Source of the DNA: Bacteroidota bacterium
GTDB lineage: Bacteria; Bacteroidota; Ignavibacteria; Ignavibacteriales; Ignavibacteriaceae
Direction of reading: 5' to 3'
Assembly (NCBI GenBank): GCA_021824565.1
Contig: JAKAKL010000054.1
Coordinates: 94,061-158,060, forward strand
DNA: 64,000 bases
In this document: one piece after another, positions 56,480 through 64,000 of the stretch
How positions within the stretch are numbered: the stretch's first letter is position 1
Layout of the letters: the number at the start of each line of letters is the position of its first letter
Made by a program: the position numbers and the translations under genes
The notes under the pieces: model-generated
The model's input: only the letters and a program-made list of their open reading frames with translations
Databases searched by the model: none
Told to the model about the DNA's origin: nothing

Positions 56480-58515
56480 TTACAGAGTTCACAGAAAAGA
56501 TCCCTTTCATTACACTGTTAGGACCGCCTAATTCAGGCAAAACAACTTTATTCAATTATTTGAGCGGGAAAAATTATAAAACCGTAAATTATCCTGGAGC
56601 TACGGTAGAATATTCAATTGCAAGAATTTTAAAAAAATATAACTTTGAAGCAAACCTCCTTGATTCGCCTGGGATTATTAGTTTGATCCCTGAGTCTCTT
56701 GACGAAAAGGTTTCTATAAATGCAATTTATAATCACCCCAAATACGGTATCCCCGATCTCGTTATTATTACTGTCGATGCCAGCCAATTATCGCGACATC
56801 TTTTGCTCGTCAGCCAGTTAATAGAAGCTAAATTTAAAATACTTATTGCTTTAACTATGACTGATATACTAAATAAAAAGGGTCTCGACGTTTCCATTAA
56901 CAAACTTGAGAAATTAATTGGCTGCAATGTTGTAAGGATTGACGGCAGAAATGGTAAAGGCGTTGATCAACTTCTCCGCGCCGCAGAAGAGAATATTCAG
57001 AACGCTAAAACTTATGGAGGTTATCAGCCTGTAATGGTTGACAATATGAACAATAGTTCTGCATTAATTGAAGTATTTAAAAAGATTGAAGAAATTGAAC
57101 ATAATGTTATTGTTCCCATCAAACATGGTAATAATATAGACTTTAATAATGCCAATAAGCAATTGAATATACTAAACGTTGATGCAGATAAGAAACTCAC
57201 CCATAAGCTTGATTCAACGTCTCTGAGAATAGACAAAATTCTTTTACATAAAGTTTGGGGATTAGCAGTTTTCTTTATAATCATGGCAGGAATATTTACA
57301 TCTATATTCTGGCTTGCTGCTCCTATTATGAATTTAGTTGATGATTTGTTTGGATATTTGGCTTCAGATGCTTTTTCATATCTAGGGAATAATTGGTATG
57401 GAGATTTTATTGCAAACGGAATTATAACAGGCACCGGTTCTGTTTTAGTATTCGTACCTCAAATTTTAATTTTGTTTTTGATACTTGGTGTACTTGAAGA
57501 TACTGGCTATCTCGCTAGAGGCGCTATGTTGATCGATAAACCGTTATCAAAAATCGGATTAAATGGAAGATCGTTTGTGCCTATGCTTTCAGGTTTTGCA
57601 TGTGCTATTCCAGCTATGCTGGCTGCTAGAACAATTCCAAACAAGCGAGAAAGACTCTTAACAATTTTTATAATTCCATTAATGAGCTGTAGTGCGCGTC
57701 TTCCGGTTTACGCTCTTCTTATTGGGTTTCTTTTCCCTGCAAGCAAAGCGTGGCTTGCAGGTATTATTCTCGCTGCTATCTACGTTTTTAGTACAGCCAG
57801 TTCGATTGTAGTCGCTTCAGTCATAAACAAATTCAGAAGCGAATTTCTTATTGAAAAAAATAACTCTTCATTTATCTTGGAATTGCCGGCTTATAGAAAA
57901 CCAAAGTTGAGCGTAGTAGCTAACAATGCATATCATAGCGCAAAATTATATTTTAAAAAAGCTGGACCCATTATAATCGGCTTCTCAATCGTGCTATGGT
58001 TTTTAACATATTTCCCAAATTCAAATCCGGATATTAAAACTAAAGGATTAAATCAAGATCAAGTAATTCAATTGCAGAAATCTGAAAGATTATCCGGCTC
58101 TTATGCTGCTGAACTCGGGAGAGGAATTCAGCCTCTAATGAAGCCTTTAGGATTAGACTGGCGTGTCGGTGTTTCTTTGATCTCCGCTTTTACCGCAAGG
58201 GAAGTTTTTGTAAGTTCGCTTGCATTAATTTTTAAAGTTACAGATAACACCCAGCCTCTTCAAAACTCTATAATTGACGCAATGAGAAAAGCAACTATCG
58301 ATGGAACTAATCAAAGACTTTTTACAACTTCTACTATTATTGGTCTAATTATTTTTTTCGTTTTCGCTTTACAATGTTTGTCAACAATAGCGGTCTCTAA
58401 AAAAGAAACAGGCGGTTGGAAAATTCCGATGCTTCAATTGATTGTCTTTACTTCCATGGCTTATGTTTCTACTTTTATTGCTGTCAATGGATTAAGGCTA
58501 CTCGGTCTTCCATAA
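56476..58515 (+). CDS. feoB: Ferrous iron transporter FeoB
   Basis: N-terminal G-domain LLGPPNSGKTTLFN, DSPGI, then a polytopic membrane domain. Confidence 0.9.
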   Translation: MITEFTEKIPFITLLGPPNSGKTTLFNYLSGKNYKTVNYPGATVEYSIARILKKYNFEANLLDSPGIISLIPESLDEKVSINAIYNHPKYGIPDLVIITVDASQLSRHLLLVSQLIEAKFKILIALTMTDILNKKGLDVSINKLEKLIGCNVVRIDGRNGKGVDQLLRAAEENIQNAKTYGGYQPVMVDNMNNSSALIEVFKKIEEIEHNVIVPIKHGNNIDFNNANKQLNILNVDADKKLTHKLDSTSLRIDKILLHKVWGLAVFFIIMAGIFTSIFWLAAPIMNLVDDLFGYLASDAFSYLGNNWYGDFIANGIITGTGSVLVFVPQILILFLILGVLEDTGYLARGAMLIDKPLSKIGLNGRSFVPMLSGFACAIPAMLAARTIPNKRERLLTIFIIPLMSCSARLPVYALLIGFLFPASKAWLAGIILAAIYVFSTASSIVVASVINKFRSEFLIEKNNSSFILELPAYRKPKLSVVANNAYHSAKLYFKKAGPIIIGFSIVLWFLTYFPNSNPDIKTKGLNQDQVIQLQKSERLSGSYAAELGRGIQPLMKPLGLDWRVGVSLISAFTAREVFVSSLALIFKVTDNTQPLQNSIIDAMRKATIDGTNQRLFTTSTIIGLIIFFVFALQCLSTIAVSKKETGGWKIPMLQLIVFTSMAYVSTFIAVNGLRLLGLP

Positions 58516-58585
58516 ATAATTTCGTATATAAATTGAGCAAGTCAAAATTGAATTATCTAATAAAATCATTTTATGCCAGGTCAAA

Positions 58586-59044
58586 TTGAAAAACGAACAA
58601 GCCGAAGAAATATTTAGAAGCTTTCTAAAAAACGGTAAAAACCGTAATACACCGGAACGTTTTGAGGTTCTTGATGCAGCGCTGGAATATGAAGGTCACT
58701 TCGGCGCCGACGATTTATTTATCTTAATGAAGAAACAAAAATCCAGAGTTTCACGCGCCACCGTTTATAATACACTCGAACTCCTTGAGCAATGCGACCT
58801 TCTTGCTAAAAGAAATTTCGGAGATAATATAACGCGCTATGAGAGTAATTTCAAAAAACAAAATCATGACCACCTAATTTGCATAGACTGCGGACGCATA
58901 GTAGAATTCGCAAATGCTAAAGTAAAAAAACTTCCCGAAGAAATTTCCAAAGATCTTGGATTTATTGTAAGCAGTTATTCTTTTAACATCTTTGCTAGAT
59001 GCAAACACATCAAGACGTGTAAGTATTATAATTCTAAAAAGTGA
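58586..59044 (+). CDS. fur: Fur-family metalloregulator
   Basis: RNTPERFEVLDAAL, VSRATVYNTLELL, HDHLICIDCGRIVEF. Probable TTG start. The subfamily (Fur, Zur or PerR) is inferred only from the feoAB neighbourhood. Confidence 0.7.
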   Translation: MKNEQAEEIFRSFLKNGKNRNTPERFEVLDAALEYEGHFGADDLFILMKKQKSRVSRATVYNTLELLEQCDLLAKRNFGDNITRYESNFKKQNHDHLICIDCGRIVEFANAKVKKLPEEISKDLGFIVSSYSFNIFARCKHIKTCKYYNSKK

Positions 59045-59088
59045 CATCTAAATTTCTTTAAAGCAGCAGACAAACATTAGAGATTAAT

Positions 59089-59802
59089 ATGACAATCCAT
59101 AAATATCCGATAGAATGGAGCAAAGGTAATTTTTCAATTAAAATATTCTGCTCCATACCCAATATTGCAACGGGAATTTTAATTTCTACGGGAAAAACTT
59201 TTTTCGTTGTGGATCCTGGAGATGGAATATTAAGAGATCTCAACAAAGAAATCGGTACTGAAAAAATTCTGGCAATTTCTGATCTGTTTATTACACACGG
59301 TCATCATGATCACGTTGGAGGTGTGTGGTCGCTGCTAACATACATGAGGGTGATGCATAAAAAAAGTCCTCTTAAAATTCATTACCCAGAAGGCTGCGTA
59401 GAAATAGAAAGTATTTACAATGCTTTCTTGAAAGTTTATTCAAACACTCTTCCATATAAAATAAATCTGGAAAAAATTTCCGGCACAAAAAAATTGTCCG
59501 CAAAAAAAATTATTATTAATCCTTTTCCGGTAATTCACAAAGAATATCTTCATGACAGAATTAATACGCGTCAAGTACCAGCTTTAGGATATAAGTTTAA
59601 TTATGAAGGAATAAAAATATGTTATGGCGGAGATACTGCATATTGCGACACGTTAGTAAAAATGGCAAAGAACTCTGACCTTGCAATTATAGAAGCCGGT
59701 CACGACGATGACACTCCTGACGATATGCACATGACAATGTCTGAAGCAAAATCAATTGGCAAGTCAGCCAAAAATTATTTTTTAGTCCATGTCCCGGAAT
59801 AA
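59089..59802 (+). CDS. MBL-fold metallo-hydrolase
   Basis: ITHGHHDHVGG motif, 237 aa. Confidence 0.75.
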   Translation: MTIHKYPIEWSKGNFSIKIFCSIPNIATGILISTGKTFFVVDPGDGILRDLNKEIGTEKILAISDLFITHGHHDHVGGVWSLLTYMRVMHKKSPLKIHYPEGCVEIESIYNAFLKVYSNTLPYKINLEKISGTKKLSAKKIIINPFPVIHKEYLHDRINTRQVPALGYKFNYEGIKICYGGDTAYCDTLVKMAKNSDLAIIEAGHDDDTPDDMHMTMSEAKSIGKSAKNYFLVHVPE

Positions 59803-59805
59803 CTT

Positions 59806-60384
59806 TTATTGTTCAGACGGACTGCCAAGTAAATAAATTGGTCCCGTCGGCTGCTGTACCCCGCCTTGTGGCTCTACTGTAACTTCAAAAGATTCAATAC
59901 TAGCAATACTATCTATCCCATCGCTCCTTATGTTAAAATAACTTAATGTGTCTGGTCTGTTAACATTGAATATGCTTGCGCTTATTGGTTTACCATTTTC
60001 AATTAGCCACAGTTGATAATCTGATCCGTTAGCTGAAGGCGGCAGGTTAGAAACTTCAATAACTCCACTGTTTAATTTCTGCGACAAATAAATTTTTCCA
60101 TAGCCTGCCGGATTTATATCAAGCCCCTTGAGCTTTATTACTTTTATATCCTTGGAATGAAGTATAGTAAAAATTTGATCGTCTTTCTTTATCTCCTCTG
60201 ATAAAATTGTGAGTTGATTATGCTGATTGTTAATTAATTTTACAAGCGTCGATGAATAATAGATCAGTCCAATCAAAAAGACTAATGAAATAATTAAAAA
60301 AGATATTGCTGTCTTCGGTCTCGAAAAGCCTAACCACGAATAAAACTTTTCCAAAATGTTTGTTCGCTGTTCATTATCATTCAT
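59806..60384 (-). CDS. RskA-like anti-sigma-factor C-terminal-domain membrane protein
   Basis: A single TM, then YQLWLIENGKPISASIFN...VTVEPQGG, typical of the RskA extracytoplasmic domain. The cytoplasmic part is only ~25 aa. Confidence 0.55.
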   Translation of the reverse strand: MNDNEQRTNILEKFYSWLGFSRPKTAISFLIISLVFLIGLIYYSSTLVKLINNQHNQLTILSEEIKKDDQIFTILHSKDIKVIKLKGLDINPAGYGKIYLSQKLNSGVIEVSNLPPSANGSDYQLWLIENGKPISASIFNVNRPDTLSYFNIRSDGIDSIASIESFEVTVEPQGGVQQPTGPIYLLGSPSEQ

Positions 60385-60679
60385 TTAATAACTGCACGTC
60401 TGTTAACAAATATGTAAATAAAAAATCCTGCTGTAAACTACATCTTTTGAAATACAATCAACTAATAATTCTTAAAAGCATTTTCAATCTTATATTAAAA
60501 ATATAATAATTTTATCTCATAATAAGTATAATTATGCCAATAATTAAGAAAATATCCATAATCATTCTTTTTTTACTTAGGATAATGCTTGGAATACCTA
60601 ATTTTATTAAACAAACTTTGAAAAATACCTTAATAATTTTATATTTGTGTTGGAGTCTATCATTATTATTGAGAATAAA

Positions 60680-62044
60680 ATGAAAAATTTATGGAAAATT
60701 GCTTTCGGCTTGTTGTTAATTATTTCTTTCGCCGGTGCATTAGCGCCTCTTGGAACGCAAACCATTACCGGAGGTCCGGTTAATTCCGCGGACGTCGCAT
60801 GGATGCTAACAGCTACCGGCTTAGTTCTACTTATGACACCCGGGCTTTCATTTTTTTACGGAGGCATGGTTAGTTCAAAAAATGTCATATCTACTATGCT
60901 CCAAAGTTTTATCGCAATGGGCGTGATCAGCATTTTATGGATAGTAGTTGGATTCAGCCTTGCATTTGGACAGGACATCGGCGGCATTATCGGAAACCCA
61001 TTGACATTTTTTATGTTTCGCGGCGTGGGCACCGGAACCTATCCTCTATTAGCTCCCACAATCCCATTGATGCTCTTTGCATTATTCCAGTTAAAGTTTG
61101 CTATCATTACTCCCGCTTTAATCACAGGCTCTTTTGCAGAAAGAGTAAAGTTTTCATCGTATTTAATATTTATAATTTTATTCAGCATCTTTATTTATGC
61201 ACCTCTTGCCCACATGACGTGGCATCCAGATGGGCTCCTGCACAAAATGGGAGTTCTTGATTTTGCCGGCGGCACTGTTGTTCATATATCTGCCGGTCTC
61301 GCTGCCTTAGCCGGAGCAATTAAATTAGGTAGAAGAAAATCTCACGAGCAAGGCGACAAGCATGAACCTGCAAACATACCTTATGTCCTTTTAGGTACAG
61401 GTTTACTTTGGTTTGGATGGTTCGGATTTAATGCAGGCTCTGCTTTGGCTGCTAACGGAACCGCAGTACAAGCGTTTGCAAATACAAATACAGCTTCTGC
61501 TGCCGCCGCGCTTGCATGGATTATTCTAGAAGTAATCAGAGGCAACAAACCTTCAGCCTTAGGCGCTTGCGTCGGTGCTGTTGTAGGGCTTGTGGCTATT
61601 ACTCCTGCTGCGGGTTATGTTGATATTAGCGCAAGTATTTTTATAGGCGTATTTGCAAGTATGGTCAGTAACTTTGCTGTAGCATGGAAATCCAAATCAA
61701 CCCTAGATGATACTCTGGATGTTTTCCCCTGCCACGGTATTGGCGGAATTGTTGGTATGATTTTAACCGCTGTGTTTGCAAAAAATTCAGGACTAATTTT
61801 CGGACATGCAGAGTTGTTATTAGCTCACCTTATAGCTTTAGTAATTGTTGCAGTCTTTACCTTTGGCGGTTCTCTCATACTTTATAAAGTTACCGATATG
61901 ATTTCTCCGTTAAGAGTAACTGAAGAACAGGAACTACTCGGTCTCGATATCAGCCAGCACGGTGAAACTATTGGCAGCGATTTTTTATTCAGCACTAATT
62001 CTCTTGAAAAGAAAATTGAGGAAATTCTTGTAGAGAATAATTAA
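60680..62044 (+). CDS. amt: Ammonium transporter
   Basis: DVAWMLTATGLVLLMTPGLSFFYGG, DFAGGTVVHISAG, LWFGWFGFNAGS. ATG 60680 is preferred over the track start at 60647. Confidence 0.9.
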   Translation: MKNLWKIAFGLLLIISFAGALAPLGTQTITGGPVNSADVAWMLTATGLVLLMTPGLSFFYGGMVSSKNVISTMLQSFIAMGVISILWIVVGFSLAFGQDIGGIIGNPLTFFMFRGVGTGTYPLLAPTIPLMLFALFQLKFAIITPALITGSFAERVKFSSYLIFIILFSIFIYAPLAHMTWHPDGLLHKMGVLDFAGGTVVHISAGLAALAGAIKLGRRKSHEQGDKHEPANIPYVLLGTGLLWFGWFGFNAGSALAANGTAVQAFANTNTASAAAALAWIILEVIRGNKPSALGACVGAVVGLVAITPAAGYVDISASIFIGVFASMVSNFAVAWKSKSTLDDTLDVFPCHGIGGIVGMILTAVFAKNSGLIFGHAELLLAHLIALVIVAVFTFGGSLILYKVTDMISPLRVTEEQELLGLDISQHGETIGSDFLFSTNSLEKKIEEILVENN

Positions 62045-62068
62045 TATTCTAAAATATTTTTCTTATCT

Positions 62069-62103
62069 ACCGGATTTAATATTTACTTAAATCCGGTTTT
62101 TTA
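62069..62103 (+). terminator. Rho-independent terminator after amt
   Basis: ACCGGATTTA-atatttact-TAAATCCGGT followed by TTTTTT. Confidence 0.75.
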
Positions 62104-62186
62104 TTTCTCCGTCCTAAAACAACTTTATGAATCAAAAATCCTGACTATATTTACATAACATTTTTCTAAAATAAATTTCATACAAA

Positions 62187-62672
62187 ATGACTAAGAAAAA
62201 AATATTATTTGTTTGCCTAGGTAATATCTGCCGTTCTCCAGCAGCAGAAGGCATTATGAAAAAGTTTGTCGCTCAAAATAATTTGGATAATATTATTGAA
62301 GTCGATTCTGCCGGAACAATGGGCTATCACACCGGAGAAGGTGCCGACCCGAGGATGAAAAGACATGCTAAAAACCGCGGCTATGATTTAACAAGCGCCG
62401 CAAGAAGATTTGATCCTAAAAAAGATTTTCCAAACTTTGACTACATTGTAACAATGGATGATCAGAACTTCGCAGATATAAATAGTTTGGATAACGAAAA
62501 AAAATTTCATAACAAAATCTTCAAGATGGCATCCTTCTGCAAGAACCATGATATAGCTGAAGTCCCCGATCCGTATTACGAAGGCAGCGAAGGTTTTGAA
62601 TATGTTTTGGATATTCTTGAAGACGGCTGCGGTAATCTTCTTAACAAAATTAAAAATGAAATCGATAAATGA
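62187..62672 (+). CDS. Low-molecular-weight protein tyrosine phosphatase
   Basis: VCLGNICRSPAAEG (CX5R-S P-loop) and VPDPYY. Confidence 0.85.
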   Translation: MTKKKILFVCLGNICRSPAAEGIMKKFVAQNNLDNIIEVDSAGTMGYHTGEGADPRMKRHAKNRGYDLTSAARRFDPKKDFPNFDYIVTMDDQNFADINSLDNEKKFHNKIFKMASFCKNHDIAEVPDPYYEGSEGFEYVLDILEDGCGNLLNKIKNEIDK

Positions 62673-63528
62673 TATATTAACAATAATCGAAAATCATCTC
62701 GACGAAAAGATAATTGCAAAATCCGGCGTCGGCGGCGGCTGTATAAGCAACGCGCTGCAATTAACAACTTCCTCCGGTAAAAAATATTTTGCCAAGATCA
62801 ACAACTCTGCTCCTAAAGATATGTTTAGCAAAGAAGCAAACGGACTTTTAGAACTAAGCAAAGCATCCGTAATTAAAGTGCCTTCAGTAATTTTTTGCGA
62901 TGAATCTTTTATTTTATTGGAATACATTGAACCAGCCTCGGAAGCCAATAATTTCTTTGAAGACTTTGGACGCAAGTTTGCCATGCTTCATCAACACCGT
63001 GCAGCGGAGTTTGGATTTTTTGAGGACAATTATATCGGTTCAACGAGACAAGCTAACACCGCTTCCGTAGAAGAAAAGAACGACTGGATTAAATTTTATT
63101 TCAACAAAAGAATTTTATTTCAATATAAGCTTGCCGAAAAAAACGGCTTCGCAACTTCAGAATTAAGAAATGGCATTTCAATGCTTGAAAATAAAATAGA
63201 AGAAATTCTTTTAAGCGAAGATAAATTTCCATCATTGCTGCATGGCGATTTATGGAGCGGAAATTTTATTATAGGCGAAGACGGAAAAGTTTGCTTAATC
63301 GATCCGGCAGTTTACTACGGCAGCCGCGAAGCCGATCTTGCTATGACTAAATTATTCGGCGGCTTTCCGGCGGCTTTTTACAAAGCATATAACGAATACT
63401 TCCCTCTTTCACCGGGATTTGAATACAGAGAAAATTTATATAAGCTTTACCACGTGCTCAATCACCTGAATCTTTTCGGCTCATCTTATTACTCGCAGGC
63501 AATATCACTGCTTAATTTTTATTTCTGA
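62656..63528 (+). CDS. Fructosamine/ketosamine kinase-family protein
   Basis: LLHGDLWSGNF, LIDPAVYYGSREADLAMT. ATG 62656 overlaps the PTP gene by 17 nt. Confidence 0.8.
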   Translation: MKSINDILTIIENHLDEKIIAKSGVGGGCISNALQLTTSSGKKYFAKINNSAPKDMFSKEANGLLELSKASVIKVPSVIFCDESFILLEYIEPASEANNFFEDFGRKFAMLHQHRAAEFGFFEDNYIGSTRQANTASVEEKNDWIKFYFNKRILFQYKLAEKNGFATSELRNGISMLENKIEEILLSEDKFPSLLHGDLWSGNFIIGEDGKVCLIDPAVYYGSREADLAMTKLFGGFPAAFYKAYNEYFPLSPGFEYRENLYKLYHVLNHLNLFGSSYYSQAISLLNFYF

Positions 63529-64000
63529 TGATGCTCATTATTCTTCAACAAGTGCAGTAAATCCATTTCAATTTTTTCTTCGCAAAAGAAAGGCTCTCCG
63601 TAATGCTTGCCTATTTGAAACCCGTAGAACTGCGTACGTGATTCAACATAATTAATAAATTCCGGGCGGCTTATAAATGTTTCCGGCTCAGAGCTCTTCG
63701 GATTATGGAACTGCGTTTCGTATGCTTTAATAGCTTTCATCTTCATCTGGAAGCTGTCTGTAACGTCAACTATAAATGAAGGCTCAAAAGTATAGGTCTG
63801 CATATAATAAAAAAGCTTTGAGGGACGGAAAGCTTCCTGAGCGACTTCTTTATCAAAAGTTTTTACTTTTGACAGCCCGGTGGTAAACATCGCGTCTTTA
63901 ACAAGCTTGCTTGCGTCAATATGATCCGGGTGCCTGTCGTTAAAATAAGGAGCAAAAATAATTTTCGGCTTGTACTTTCTTATTTCCATGATAACCTTCA
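63519..64000 (-). CDS. bshB: PIG-L-family deacetylase, BshB-like; the N-terminus lies beyond the right edge
   Basis: KPKIIFAPYFNDRHPDHIDASKLV...AYETQF. The frame stays open upstream of the track Met (KVI-MEIRKY) to the window end. Confidence 0.7.
   Translation of the reverse strand, partial: KVIMEIRKYKPKIIFAPYFNDRHPDHIDASKLVKDAMFTTGLSKVKTFDKEVAQEAFRPSKLFYYMQTYTFEPSFIVDVTDSFQMKMKAIKAYETQFHNPKSSEPETFISRPEFINYVESRTQFYGFQIGKHYGEPFFCEEKIEMDLLHLLKNNEHHQK

Noticed and set aside
59058-59246. 62-aa minus-strand ORF
   Set aside because: It overlaps the start of the MBL-fold hydrolase gene in antisense and has no supporting features.

Overview
AT-rich bacterial chromosomal segment. Every family call rests on motifs I recognised by eye in the supplied translations, not on a database search. 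Three proteins end in a YQNYPNPFNP-type T9SS sorting domain, and bshC and bshB are present, so I infer an FCB-group, Ignavibacteria-like organism. Most of the window is housekeeping: aroA, folD, deoC, trmH-like, trmO, LPS-core GT9/DegT genes, feoAB-fur, amt, two sensor proteins and large secreted T9SS cargo. Five regions are worth a second look. (1) 1.7-11.4 kb holds a co-directional cluster: an isocitrate/homoisocitrate-type dehydrogenase, a divergent HD protein, a fused homoaconitase-like aconitase, a PrpD-family dehydratase, a CitD-CitE fusion, an embedded 12-TM membrane protein and CitF. This reads as a self-contained tricarboxylate interconversion and cleavage module. No citC, citX or citG is visible. 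(2) A small GIY-YIG gene sits against tRNA-Ser(GGA), with a 34-nt duplicated copy of the tRNA 5' part on its far side. That copy is split by a 29-nt twin-palindrome insert. (3) A strictly phased 21-bp AT-rich array lies at 18.8-19.1 kb beside an XRE regulator. (4) A comparatively GC-rich array of 26 x 21 bp with no indels lies at 44.8-45.3 kb between glnA and trmO, and its nature (coding or RNA) is unresolved. (5) A porin, APC permease, PP2C phosphatase, tail-anchored Hanks kinase and GSI-alpha glutamine synthetase form one gene string. I also found a partial PAS/GAF gene at the left edge that is missing from the ORF track, and a decayed two-gene cassette with an A8 frameshift. I saw no CRISPR array, rRNA gene, transposase or integrase, and no complete recognisable defence system.
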